Positions 50,401 to 62,272 are shown, numbered from the stretch's first letter. The stretch is 64,000 bases of DNA from Leucoraja ocellata (GCA_036785375.1 JAWMAR010000070.1:7006001-7070000); one strand, 5' to 3'. Translations and numbers: made by a program. The notes: generated by a model from the sequence alone, not told the origin.

Positions 50401-53400
50401 ACTAATGAAGGGTATTTACAACTCTAACCCCTAGACCAAGGTACACCCATATATGGGATGTCAGTGTGGTCCTGACATACCTCAGGGGATGCCCACCAGC
50501 CAGACCCCTCAACCTGAAACCATCTATGCTCAAAACACTCAGGTTGATGGCACTTGTAGCTGCACAGAGGGTCCTGTCACTACACCTATTGCGATTGGAC
50601 ACCATGCTCACAGCTCCAGACCAGGTCTCTGTCGTTATCCAGGGAATGATCAAACAGAGCAGACCAGGAACACCTAATCCAGTCGTGGAATTCCGGGCTT
50701 ACCCGCCAGAAACACCGTTATGTGCCATGACCCTATTATCCTACATAGACACAACCAAAAATTCGAGGGAGATGAAAAGCCTTGTGGGTCAGTCATAAAA
50801 AACCTTATGGTCGGGTGACGAGCCATTTCGAGATGGCTCAAGCAGGTGCTAAAAGCTGCTGGGATAAAAACTAACATGTACAAAGTTCATTCCATCAGGG
50901 CAGCATCCACGTCAACGGCTAAAAGAATGGACATGCCTATAAACCACATCCTGGCTACAGCAGGATGGTGGGGGGTAAGACCGTTCAGAAATTTTATAAT
51001 AAGCCGTTGGCAAAACCTGTTTTATTTGCAGGAAAGATTTTACAGACTGCAAATATTTAATTTTAGCCCAGGGGAACAATTTAATTTCTTTGTTGTTATT
51101 GTTAAAAAAAAAAAAAAATGCCATTGTGTTTTTCTACAAACAGATTCATTGGTTGATTACGATAACACACTTCCTCCCTCAAAGACTTCGGCAGTGATGT
51201 AGTAATAACTGTTACACGGTTTGAAATCACAAAGCTTTGAAATCTTCATGGAATCACTCACGTGACTCCGAAGTAAAATTGTAAGATTAAACGAGAACTT
51301 ACCAGTTTGAAGTTTGATCTGTATTTTATGAGGAGTTACTATGAGGGATTACGTGCCCTCCGCTCCCACCCTCAATAATATGGGTCAAATTCATAAACTG
51401 ATGTCTCCTTATCTTTACTATGTTTACTTCAATAACTGTGTCTATCTGTGATTCCACACCGCTGCTTTGAAGTATGCCGCGCATGCGTGCTGAACGGGTT
51501 CTTCACGTAATCCCTCATCGTAACGCCTCATAAAATACAGATCAAACTTCAAACTGGTAAGTTCTCGTTTAATCTTACTATTTGATTGTATTCATGTACG
51601 GTATTATCTGATCTGTTTGGAGGCTTTTCACTGTGCCTCGGTACACGTGATAATAATAAACCTAAACGTAAACATGAGCCTTTGATGCCAACTGTGTCCC
51701 TGCAGGAATACGCCATGAACTACTGGAAGAGCAAGGGGGCTCCAGTGGAGAAGTTGAATGTGGGTTTCCCCACCTACGGACACACATTCAAACTGACCTC
51801 GTCCAGCACGGCTGTGGGTGCCCCAGCAGGAGGCCCTGGTCCAGCCGGCAAATTCACCCACCAAGCCGGCTTCCTGGCCTACTATGAGGTACTGTACCTA
51901 CCGACCAATCCAACCGCGTGGCTCTTTACTCAATGTTATCTTCCAATCCAATACTGAATAACCACACACAACATAGATGGACACAAGGTGCTGCAGCCTG
52001 AGGATGGATCTCCACCCGAAACATCGCACACCCATGTTCTCCGTTCCCCTCCTCAAGAGATCCCCATTTCCTTTCTATCCTCCCCTTCCTCTTTGCCCTC
52101 CCCACTATCTCCTTCTCACCACATCCCTCCCTCCGGCTTTATATCTCTCTCCTCCACTTTCTGGACATATCGCTCTTTCCTCTCTTTATATATCTTTCTC
52201 TCCTCTTTCTTTTTTTCTCTTTCATGTATTTCTCCTCAACATCTCTCTCTACTCTTTCTTCCTCTCTCCACATCTCTCTTCCCCTCTCCTCTCAGTATCT
52301 GACACTATTTCGTCTCCTGTTCCCCTCCAGCCTTTGTCACTATCGCCACCCACCACCCTTGGAGTCAAATGGTTACCCCTCAGATTTAATAGACAATAAG
52401 TGCAGGAGTAGGCCATTCGGCCCTTCAAGCCAGCACCATTCCTATTAAATCTTTCTCCCTCACCCATGTCCTCTGGTTCTCGATTCGCCGTCTCTGCGTT
52501 TGCGTTTACCTGATCGGTTCCTCTCATGATTTTTTTCCAACTCGACAAGATTGGTCCCTAACATCTCCGTCTCTGGGCAGATCTGCGGGTTCCTGAACGG
52601 TGCCACCAGCGAATGGAACGCCCCACAAGACACCCCGTACGCCTTCAAGAATGGAATATGGGTCGGCTATGACAACGTCAAGAGCTTCGGAGACAAGGTA
52701 CATCTGACCATTGAAGTTCCACCCTTCCTGCGTGAGCCACCGTAGTCTCGTTTATCTCAATATCTACTGCAGAGTTTCCAACAGTGAACTCCAGAATTAT
52801 GCTTCAAAATCCTTAGAATCTTTTGTCGTTAACATTCTGCATAAAATTTCCAGCTCACCATAAATTCATGGTGTTCGCGTGTCATGGGTTATGGGGAGAA
52901 GGGAGGAGAATGGGGTTAGGATTCACATCGGGGAAACTTGGAGTTTCTGTTTTTATTTCCCAAACCGTGCTGTGATGAATCCCGATAGAAAGCTTTCTAC
53001 AGCGCATTGTAGAAGCCATTATTGACTGAGGGATGTTGGTGTAAAGATGTGAACTGTGTCTTCCAGGTTGAGTGGCTGAAGAAGAACAACTTTGGAGGAG
53101 CTATGGTCTGGGATCTGGCTCTGGATGACTTCTCTGGTGCCTTCTGTCACCAGGGACCCTACCCCCTCATCAACACTCTGCACTCTGGCCTTGGCATCTC
53201 TGGAGGTAATGGAGATGTGCGGGACAAGTCTTTCACACAGAGGGTGATGGGTGCCTGGAACACGCTACCAGGGGGTGGTGGTGGAGGCAGATAGTGGTAG
53301 GACTAGGTATGTAGCTACGTTTTCCACACAGAGGGTGGTGGGTATAGAGAACAAGCAACTGTTACTCCAGCACATTGTGTCTCTTTTTATAGACCAGCAT

Positions 53401-53897
53401 CTAGGGTAGATGGGAGGTCGGGACCCCGCTGGAGTTGGTGAGAGGGAGGTTCAGTGGCATAATCCCATTGACTGGGATATTCACACAGTTCCTTGTTATT
53501 ATGGGGAGAAGGCAGGAGAATGGGGTTGAGAGGGAGGGAACCATGATTGAATAGTGGAGTAAACCCAATGGGTTAAATCGCCTAATTCTCCTATGAATTT
53601 AGGAGAACTTATAACAAACTGTGTTTCTTTGCAGCTTGCGTCCCATCCAAGACAACATTGGCGCCGGCGGTCCCACCTACTGATGCCCCTAGTGGTGGTG
53701 GAGGCGGTGGCAGCAGCGGTGGTGGCAGCAGCGGTGGTGGAGGCAGTGGCTTCTGTAAGGGCAAAGCCAACGGTACCTTCGCTGATCCCAAGAACAACAA
53801 CAAGTTCTACCAGTGCGTCAATGGTCGGACCTACCTGAAGAGCTGTGCCACTGGATTAGTCTTTGATTCATCCTGTAAATGTTGCAACTGGGCTTAA
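41385..53897 (+). CDS. chia: Acidic mammalian chitinase-like GH18 chitinase with CBM14, 477 aa; join(41385-41409,43185-43214,43309-43510,45115-45171,47002-47167,48032-48156,49051-49177,51706-51888,52581-52697,53067-53205,53635-53897)
   Basis: All introns GT-AG and in phase, total 1434 nt. Signal [49 protein letters not shown], catalytic [24 protein letters not shown], Gly/Ser linker, Cys-rich CBM14 ending CKCCNWA. chia versus chit1 orthology needs a phylogeny. Confidence 0.93.
41568..42022 (+). repeat. 66-bp tandem repeat related to the Penelope 3' end, with a central palindrome; short array also at 47249-47350
   Basis: Unit gatgctgcctgacccgctgagttactccagcactctgtgaaacgtcacctatccatgttctccaca at 41568, 41634, 41700, 41766, 41925, 41991. 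Confidence 0.85.
43185..43214 (+). CDS. chia: Chitinase coding exon 2
   Basis: ttctgttccag/...[11 protein letters not shown]/gtgagt, 30 nt. Confidence 0.85.
43309..43510 (+). CDS. chia: Chitinase coding exon 3
   Basis: [17 protein letters not shown]...[13 protein letters not shown]...LKNK. Confidence 0.92.
43535..43797. mobile_element. PIF/Harbinger-type MITE
   Basis: About 70-bp TIRs (gtcccactttcccgagttactc...), TAA on both sides. Confidence 0.75.
45115..45171 (+). CDS. chia: Chitinase coding exon 4
   Basis: [23 protein letters not shown] bounded; too short for the ORF track. Confidence 0.9.
45427..46305 (+). mobile_element. hAT-like DNA transposon remnant
   Basis: [31 protein letters not shown] resembles the hAT C-terminal dimerisation motif (PxTSxxVERSFS); CAG...CTG imperfect ends; no clear TSD. 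Confidence 0.6.
47002..47167 (+). CDS. chia: Chitinase coding exon 5 (catalytic DxxDxDxE)
   Basis: [17 protein letters not shown]. Confidence 0.95.
48032..48156 (+). CDS. chia: Chitinase coding exon 6
   Basis: [42 protein letters not shown]. Confidence 0.9.
49051..49177 (+). CDS. chia: Chitinase coding exon 7
   Basis: [27 protein letters not shown]...FNV/gtaagt. Confidence 0.9.
49738..51583 (+). mobile_element. Internally deleted DIRS1-like tyrosine-recombinase retrotransposon in chitinase intron 7
   Basis: YR motifs AAQRV.SL and HSIRAAS...AGW (frameshifted); inverted termini (about 49768-49800 vs 51474-51506); internal complementary region 51243-51355 matching both extremities; TTT ends. 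Confidence 0.85.
51706..51888 (+). CDS. chia: Chitinase coding exon 8
   Basis: [28 protein letters not shown]...GFLAYYE. Confidence 0.92.
52581..52697 (+). CDS. chia: Chitinase coding exon 9
   Basis: [39 protein letters not shown]. Confidence 0.92.
53067..53205 (+). CDS. chia: Chitinase coding exon 10
   Basis: [38 protein letters not shown]. Confidence 0.92.
53635..53897 (+). CDS. chia: Chitinase coding exon 11 (Gly/Ser linker and CBM14)
   Basis: GGGGSS repeats, then FCKGKANG...[30 protein letters not shown]-stop. Confidence 0.92.
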
Positions 53898-54943
53898 TGG
53901 CAGAAGGTGAGTGCTTGCCGACCTCACACTCTATACTGGGCATCGAGTCATACAGTTCAGAACCAGCCCTTCAGCCCAACAAGTCCATACTGACCCTACT
54001 TGACCCTAATGCTCGTAGGGTAAGAAACACAAGAGTAGTATGTGACTGGCCGTCCTAAACATTCATTGGTCATAGTATTTTCACCTCTAGTCTTTAGAGA
54101 TACAGCGCGAAAACAGGTCCTTCGCCCCATCGAGTCCATGCCGACGAGCGGTCACCCTGTACACTAGCACTATCCTACACACTGGGGAAAGTTTACAATT
54201 TACAGAAGCCAATTAACCGACAAACCTGTACGATTTTGGAATGTGGGAGGAAACCGGAGCACCCGGAGAAAACCCACGCAGTCACAGCGAGAACGTGCAA
54301 ACTCTATACCGACAGCACCTCTGGGGTCAGTATTCTCTGGGGTGGAACCCTCTCCATTTGACCTGTTTTTACAAAATGTTAAATGGTCAGCTCGACATAG
54401 ATCACAAAAGACCTACACCAAACCCAAGCCAATTAGGAGCAGACGAGGGCATTCGATCCAATTTGTGATCCCAGCTACAAAGACAGATGTGTTGGTACAG
54501 CAATTCGTTCTTCCCCCGCACAATTAAATCATGGAATAATCTCCACCCTACTATAGTTACCCAACCAGATGCAACTAAATTTAAAGTAGCTCTTTCTGGC
54601 TTATGTCCTCCCTCCACCACCTCCAGTTTAAATTCCATTTGGACCAAGAAACCAAGAAACCCGAGGTCAGGATGGAACCCGGGTCTTTGGCGCTGTGATG
54701 TAAGCGGTATGTCTACCACCGCACCACCCCGTCTCTGGGTGAAGACTGTGGCGGTGGGGGTGGGCAAAGGAACCAACAGGCCAGGAAACAGGCGACCATC
54801 CCAGTAAATGCTCCAGAGAATGTAGCTGTGCAGCGGGTAGAGCCGCTGCCTCACAGCTCCAGCGTCTCGGGTTCAATCCTGACTGCTGGAGCTGTCGGTG
54901 TGTGGAGTTAGGAAAAATATAGGTGCGGGAGTAGGCTATTCGA

Positions 54944-55061
54944 CCCACACACACACTCATCCTCACCCACTGACACACACCCTCACACACCCACCCACAC
55001 ACCCTCACACACACACCCTCACAGACACACACACCCTCACACACCCACCCACACCCTCACA
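54944..55061. repeat. (CA/CACCCT)n simple repeat running into a gap
   Basis: Direct reading. Confidence 0.9.
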
Positions 55062-56049
55062 NNNNNNNNNNNNNNNNNNNNNNNNNNNNNNNNNNNNNNN
55101 NNNNNNNNNNNNNNNNNNNNNNNNNNNNNNNNNNNNNNNNNNNNNNNNNNNNNNNNNNNNNNNNNNNNNNNNNNNNNNNNNNNNNNNNNNNNNNNNNNNN
55201 NNNNNNNNNNNNNNNNNNNNNNNNNNNNNNNNNNNNNNNNNNNNNNNNNNNNNNNNNNNNNNNNNNNNNNNNNNNNNNNNNNNNNNNNNNNNNNNNNNNN
55301 NNNNNNNNNNNNNNNNNNNNNNNNNNNNNNNNNNNNNNNNNNNNNNNNNNNNNNNNNNNNNNNNNNNNNNNNNNNNNNNNNNNNNNNNNNNNNNNNNNNN
55401 NNNNNNNNNNNNNNNNNNNNNNNNNNNNNNNNNNNNNNNNNNNNNNNNNNNNNNNNNNNNNNNNNNNNNNNNNNNNNNNNNNNNNNNNNNNNNNNNNNNN
55501 NNNNNNNNNNNNNNNNNNNNNNNNNNNNNNNNNNNNNNNNNNNNNNNNNNNNNNNNNNNNNNNNNNNNNNNNNNNNNNNNNNNNNNNNNNNNNNNNNNNN
55601 NNNNNNNNNNNNNNNNNNNNNNNNNNNNNNNNNNNNNNNNNNNNNNNNNNNNNNNNNNNNNNNNNNNNNNNNNNNNNNNNNNNNNNNNNNNNNNNNNNNN
55701 NNNNNNNNNNNNNNNNNNNNNNNNNNNNNNNNNNNNNNNNNNNNNNNNNNNNNNNNNNNNNNNNNNNNNNNNNNNNNNNNNNNNNNNNNNNNNNNNNNNN
55801 NNNNNNNNNNNNNNNNNNNNNNNNNNNNNNNNNNNNNNNNNNNNNNNNNNNNNNNNNNNNNNNNNNNNNNNNNNNNNNNNNNNNNNNNNNNNNNNNNNNN
55901 NNNNNNNNNNNNNNNNNNNNNNNNNNNNNNNNNNNNNNNNNNNNNNNNNNNNNNNNNNNNNNNNNNNNNNNNNNNNNNNNNNNNNNNNNNNNNNNNNNNN
56001 NNNNNNNNNNNNNNNNNNNNNNNNNNNNNNNNNNNNNNNNNNNNNNNNN
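55062..56049. other. Assembly gap
   Basis: N run. Confidence 1.
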
Positions 56050-56489
56050 GGCCGAGATGGCCGCCGCCACCAGGAGCAGCAACAACACCCACCGCCCCCC
56101 CCCCCCCCCCGGCCAAACCCAGGCCCGGAGTCGGACACCGAACCCGACTGTCCCGGGACTAGCGGGCGGGGCCGGGACAGAGTCACTGTCGTCGACCCTC
56201 ACCGACCCCCCTCCCCCCGGTAATCTATGCTGCTGCCGCCGACGCCGGTCTCTATCTACGGGCCTCCGCCGACCCGACCCGACCCGACCCGACCCGACCC
56301 TCCCCCACCGGTCACCGGGGCCGGAGCCGACACTCACCTCACCAGAGGTCCAGGCGCTGCACGAGGCCCGCAACCAACCGCCACGTGGCGGGCAGCACGT
56401 GGTCTGTCTCTGCTGGGTCCTAGTGGGTCCTAGTGCCCCTCCTCCACAGGGAACACCCATCAGTAGTGATGTCTCTGCTGGGTCCTAGT

Positions 56490-56807
56490 NNNNNNNNNNN
56501 NNNNNNNNNNNNNNNNNNNNNNNNNNNNNNNNNNNNNNNNNNNNNNNNNNNNNNNNNNNNNNNNNNNNNNNNNNNNNNNNNNNNNNNNNNNNNNNNNNNN
56601 NNNNNNNNNNNNNNNNNNNNNNNNNNNNNNNNNNNNNNNNNNNNNNNNNNNNNNNNNNNNNNNNNNNNNNNNNNNNNNNNNNNNNNNNNNNNNNNNNNNN
56701 NNNNNNNNNNNNNNNNNNNNNNNNNNNNNNNNNNNNNNNNNNNNNNNNNNNNNNNNNNNNNNNNNNNNNNNNNNNNNNNNNNNNNNNNNNNNNNNNNNNN
56801 NNNNNNN
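56490..56807. other. Assembly gap inside a probable minisatellite
   Basis: N run with ccatcagtagtgatgtctctgctgggtcctagt on both sides. Confidence 1.
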
Positions 56808-57636
56808 TCCATCAGTAGTGATGTCTCTGCTGGGTCCTAGTGCACCCCCCCCATCTCCCCTATAGGGAAGACAACTCAGTAGTGATTGAAAACCCATCAG
56901 TAGTGATGGGTCTTCCCCTTCCCCCTCTTTTAATCAGGTTACCCCGACCACACACCCGCTCGTTAAAATTCCCCATTATTTTGGTGTTTTGTTTACAGGG
57001 GTGCCCTCTGGCAGCACTGCACCCCTGGCTATATCCAACTCTCTCTTGAAGGCATCCGGTGAATTGGCCTCCACTGCCTTCTGTGGCGGAGAATTCCACA
57101 GATTCACAACTCTCTGGGTGACGGAGTTTGCACGTTCTCCCCATGACTGCGTGGGTTTTTCTCCAGGAGCTCCGGTTTCCTCCCACATCCCAAAGTTGCG
57201 CAGGGTTGTAGGTTGACAGACCCTCTGTAAATTGCTCCTCATGTGTAGGTGAGGGTTGGAATCTGGGGAGAACTGATGGGAATGTTGGGGAAAATGAGTG
57301 AGGGTCAGGTCTGCACTGAACGGCCTGTCTCCCTGCTGTATAGCCCCATCACACTTTGGATTATCTCTGATCAGCCTTTGCCTCACACTGAACATTAACC
57401 CCTTCATCCTGTATCTGTACACTGTGGGCGGCTGGACTGTAATCATGTGTAGTCTTTCCACTGACAGGATAGCACGCAAACAAAAATACTTTTCACTGCA
57501 CCTCGGTCCACGTGATAATAAACTAAACTAAACTAGAAACTTTAAAAAAAAAGACGTACTTTAGATATTGTTTTTGATCTGATGTGTAGACATCCTTCCT
57601 GGTTGTGAGAATTCTAAGATGATCTTTCTGTTGCAG

Positions 57637-57745
57637 ACTGCACTCAACAAACAACTGGGAACTTCCACCACCGATCGTTTGTCCATCACAAAGATAATTG
57701 TTGCTGTTAAAACAATAAAATAAAGTCATAATTTCAAGCAGATAA
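57637..57745 (+). terminator. Probable non-coding terminal exon and polyA site of the chitinase
   Basis: Acceptor tctttctgttgcag ending at 57636; overlapping AATAAA at 57714 and 57719; GT-rich tract downstream; pairs with donor AAG/GTGAGT at 53906/53907. Confidence 0.55.
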
Positions 57746-58991
57746 CAGCGTACTTTGTGTCTGTTCATGTGCATCAGTTTCAGGAGCAGAATTAGGCCAT
57801 TTGCCCCATCAAGTCTACTCCGCCGTTCAATCATGGCTGATCTATCTCTCCCTCTCAACGCCATTCTCCTGCCTTCTCCCCATAACCTCTGACACCCGTA
57901 CTAATCAAGAATCTGTCAATCTCCACTTTAAAAATACCCAATGAGTTGGCCTCCACTGCCATCTGTGGCAATGAATTACAAAGATTCACCACCGTCTGAC
58001 TAAGGAAATTCCTCCTCATCTCCTTCCTAATGGTACTTCCTTTTATTCTGAGGCTGTGCCCTCTTGTCCTGGACTCCGTAAATAATGGAAACATCCGCTC
58101 CATATCCACTCTGTCCAGGCCTTTCACTATTCAGTAAGTTTCAATGAGGTCCTCCTCTCATCCTTCAAAATTCCCCTCATCCTGATAAACAGTTTATCAA
58201 TTTATGTCAGCAATTTCAGTTGCTATGAATTGAATTGAATAAATGCTATTAGCCAAGTATGTATACATACAAGAATTTGCCTTGGTGCTTTGCTCACAAG
58301 TTACAACACGATATACAGTTAACAATTAAGAATGAAACGTTACAATTTAACCAGGTGAAGAATGACATAAAATACCAGCACACAAGAAGGCTACAGACTT
58401 CTGGTTGGTTGAGTGGGGCTACTGCTCGTGGAAAAAAAGCTGTTTTTATGTCTGGTTGTGGAGGCTTTGACAGTCCAGAGTCACCTTCCAGAGGGAAGGA
58501 ACACATCAGTATGAATGTCACAATCACGTACAGTTATTACCTTTCAAGCTTTGGATCATCTTGTTTTCAGAGAGACACAAATAGGTGGAAGGGCAGAGTC
58601 TCTACAGGAGGACTTGGGCAGGTTGGGAAAGTGAGCAGAGAGAGGGGGACCTCACTGAAACATACAGAATAGTGAAAGTCTTGGATAGAGTGGATGTGGA
58701 AAGGGTGTATCCACTGGTGGGAAAGTCTAGGACTAGAGGTCGCAGCCTCAGAATTAAAGGGCGTTCTTTTAGGAAGGAGATTATGCTGTGATAGGGTGAA
58801 TGCATGGTCAAGGGACAGTAGCAATAGACAGGTCAGGGGCAGGTCAGCACAAACACCCCATAATGTCTATCATTATAAACGTGACACACTTAGGTCAACA
58901 CCAAATTTAGGAACAGCATTTTATTTTGTAGTCACTGAAGACATCATGCTCCTGTCCCTTGGAAGGGCTTGTGTTGAATCAGTGGGAGGTT

Positions 58992-59507
58992 TCACTGCAC
59001 TGCCAGCTTGGTGTTTAGTTTACACGGCACGTTATTAACCAGCCAAGCGCAGGAATATTTCCCAGCATCTTCCTCTTCCAGCCCCGTCAGGACCAACGAG
59101 GCGTCCCGTGTCTCAACCACGTTTGTTTTCATGAACTTCCTGCGTCCGGGTGACCCTGGATATTGCGCACCGTTCCTGTCAGTAAACACGGCGATCGTAT
59201 CTTTTCCTTTTGTCCACAGCACCACAAATTTATCGGCTGCACCGTCTTCTTTGGGCATTTTGCAGGATAGTTGAGCAGAACCACCCTTACTGGCCGTCAC
59301 CTCTGTCCATCTCATCTTATCCGGAGCGAGGTTAACAGCGCATTGTGGAGTTGGATTTTCGGTGACTTGTCGAGGAGCCCGTGCGTTCCGCCCGGCCAAG
59401 TTTGCTTCCTCTCCCCATTCTCTGGAGATCGGACCTGTTCCAGTTGCGGAGACTTGCCACACCATCTCCACAAGGACCATGAATCCTATCCATTTCTGCA
59501 GTCCCAT
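58992..59507 (-). CDS. Secreted single V-set Ig-domain protein, copy 5 (171 aa)
   Basis: Same leader (1 aa change). GGSAQLSC...VLW...DASLVLTGL..EDAGKYSC..TKLAVQ-stop. AATAAA on - at 58925-58920. Confidence 0.85.
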   Translation of the reverse strand: MGLQKWIGFMVLVEMVWQVSATGTGPISREWGEEANLAGRNARAPRQVTENPTPQCAVNLAPDKMRWTEVTASKGGSAQLSCKMPKEDGAADKFVVLWTKGKDTIAVFTDRNGAQYPGSPGRRKFMKTNVVETRDASLVLTGLEEEDAGKYSCAWLVNNVPCKLNTKLAVQ

Positions 59508-60083
59508 GTTCCTGTGGGTGAAACAATGGGTCACCTTATTGCAACTCAGTAGGATTCATGATGACATTCCCTGAACCCGCCCAGAGTTGGGGAATCGAGA
59601 ACCAGAGGACATCGGTTTAAGGCGAGGGGGGGGAAGATTTAATGGGAAATGAGGGGTGACTTTTTTACACAAAGGGTGGAGGGTGTTTGGAACGAGCTGC
59701 AAGAAGAGGTAGTTGAGGCAGGTACTATCACAATGATTAAGAAACAGTTAGACAGGTACATTGATAGGACAGGATTAGGGGGGTAAGGGCCAAACGCAGG
59801 CAGGTGGGTCTAGTATTGATGGGACACGTTGGTGGGCGCGGGCAAGTTGGGCCGAAGGTCTCGCTGTGACTCTATGACTCCATCACTTGCCCCACCCCAG
59901 TCATTCCTCCTTCTCCCTGGTCCTGTCTAGCAGAAGGTACAGAAGCTTGAAAGCGCGCACCACCAGACTCAGGAACAGCTTCTTCCCCTCTGCTATCAGG
60001 CTTCTGAACTGGGGGAACAGTGAACAGAGACAATCCCACCCCCATCACTCACAGACACTTGAAGGATCCACAGGGTTGGTTAC

Positions 60084-60350
60084 CAGCTCCGGAGTCTCCA
60101 CACAGGGTGACGGGGTCGGTCTTGTTCTCATCTCCTGCCATCGCTCGCTCCTTTTATACCGACTCCCGGCTTCTCCTGCCCCTCATTGTCTGCCCTCACG
60201 TACATTCAACCAATCACTGCCTCCCACGGAGCATTGGCCGGAGTCAGCCGCGACCTCTCCACCCTCTGCCAAACGTGTCGTTGCATCAGCCGTTAACGTT
60301 TAACAAGAACAACGTCATCCCAGCTGCCAGCGGACAACCAGGCGCCCAAC
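60084..60350 (-). promoter_or_regulatory. Promoter/exon 1 of Ig copy 5
   Basis: Same block; TATAAAA on - at 60158-60152. Confidence 0.6.
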
Positions 60351-62272
60351 ACATAGCGCCGTAAGACAACAACACCACCACTGCGCCACTGTGCTGCCCT
60401 TGCATTGGCCTCTTGCACAAGTTATAAAAGTATAAGATTCAGATAGGGTAGACAGTCAGAACCAATGTTCCATGGTGAAAATGCCAAGGACTAGAGGGCA
60501 ACTCGTCAGGGTGAAAAAGGAAAAAAAGGTTACGATGTGCGGGGCATGTCTTCTTGGTGGGTGCTTGGAACACACTTGGTTGAAGCAGATACAATAGTTC
60601 GGAGGCTTTATCTGAAAAATCTCATGGATATACAGAGAATGGAGAATTATGGTTCACATGCAGGCAGAGGAGATTAGCTGAACTAGGCATCATGTTCAGC
60701 ACGGATCTTGTGGGCCGAAGGGCCTGTTCCTGTGCTGTTCCATGTTCTATGTTACATCATCTTCTCAATCACATCTTGAGAAGAACGTTTTCCAGAGGTG
60801 CCCTGGTACCACCAGTGTGACATTCATTGTATCTGCTGCAGTCAATGAGTGTGTTGTGTAGACAGCCAGAGGAGAAGATGGGATTTATGTGGAGTTTCAT
60901 TTTGTAATCATTATTTATTTAATGTCATAGTGTAATAGAGTCATAGAGTGATACAGCGTGGAAACAGGCCCTTCGGCCCAACTTGCCCACACTGGCCAAC
61001 ATGTCCCAGCTACACTAGTCTCACCTGCCTGTGTTTGGTCCATATCCCTCCAAACCTGTCCTCTCCATGTACCTGACTCACTGTTCCTTAAACATTGGGA
61101 TCTAAATGTTGCCTCACCAACACAAGATGACCTCCCAACCTCTATACTCCATACTGTGACTGATGAAGGCCAAAGTACCAAAAGCCTTTTTGACCACCGT
61201 ATCTACCTGCAACTGCATCTTCAAGGAACCATGTACCTTCTCTCATAGATCCCTCTGCTCTACAACATTCCCCAGAGCCGGACTATTCACTGTGTAGGTC
61301 CTGCACATGTTAGACTCCCCAAAACACAACACCTCACATTACTCTGTATTAAATTCCATCAACCGTTCCTCAGCCCAACTGGCCAATATTTCAGGATGCT
61401 GCTGCAATTTTTCACAACCATCTCCACTATCTGCAAAACCGCCTACTTTTGTGTCATAGAAACATAGAAAATAGGTGCAGGAGTTGAGGCCATTCAGCCC
61501 TTCGAGCCTGCACCGCCATTCAATATGATCATGGATGATCATCCAACTCAGTATCCTGTACCTGCCTTCTCTCCATACCCCCTGATCCCTTTAGCCACAA
61601 GGGCCACATCTAACTCCCTCTTAAATATAGTCTTTACTTTTGTCCCTGTTTTGTTCCTGACAACATTCCCCGTTATTTTTGTTCCTGTTCTCAACATCTG
61701 CGGACTCCTGATTTTCCACATGTTGTTCCGTCCCCGTGTGGTCATGGACAATGTTGGACACAGCTCATAGAAGCCGGCGATGTTGCCCGTAGTGAGCAAA
61801 AGTTGCACAAAGTTCACACCCAACTCAATGCTGGCGTACAAAGAATCACTCACACCGGCTGTCTTCAAGAGAGTTTATTTCCATTAATGATACATTTACC
61901 AATGCAAGCACGATCTGTCCCATTGCACTACATTTGCCCCATATCCCCCTAAACCTTTCCCTGTCCCAAGTGTGTATTAAATATTGTTACAATTCCCACC
62001 CCACCAGACAGTTCTATAAACCCACCGCCCCCTGAGTGAAAATGTTGCCCCTCAGGTTCCTATTAAATCTTGCCCCTCTAACCTTAAACTTATGTCCCCC
62101 TGGTTCTTGATTCCCGTACCCCAGGTAAAAGATGTTTTGTGTTCACCCCTCTATTCCCCTCATGATGAATTAAGTGACTACAATATAGAATGCTGTTGTT
62201 GGCCTAAGTGTGTGAAGTTTATAATGATGGATGTTATTGTGTGTTTGTGCTGTCCTGCCACTGCCTGTTGTT

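Noticed and set aside
54898-56897. Long ORFs of 130-467 aa
   Set aside because: Artefacts of translating through N gaps and simple repeats.
58985-59000. GTGAAA at the stop of copies 5 and 6 as a splice donor to TM exons
   Set aside because: Weak consensus, wrong phase for typical Ig exons, absent in copies 1-4, and polyA signals lie close downstream. Only RNA data can fully exclude it.
53635-59507. Fusion transcript joining V domains to the chitinase CBM14 (a true VCBP)
   Set aside because: The V genes and the CBM14 exon are on opposite strands and each V ORF has its own stop.
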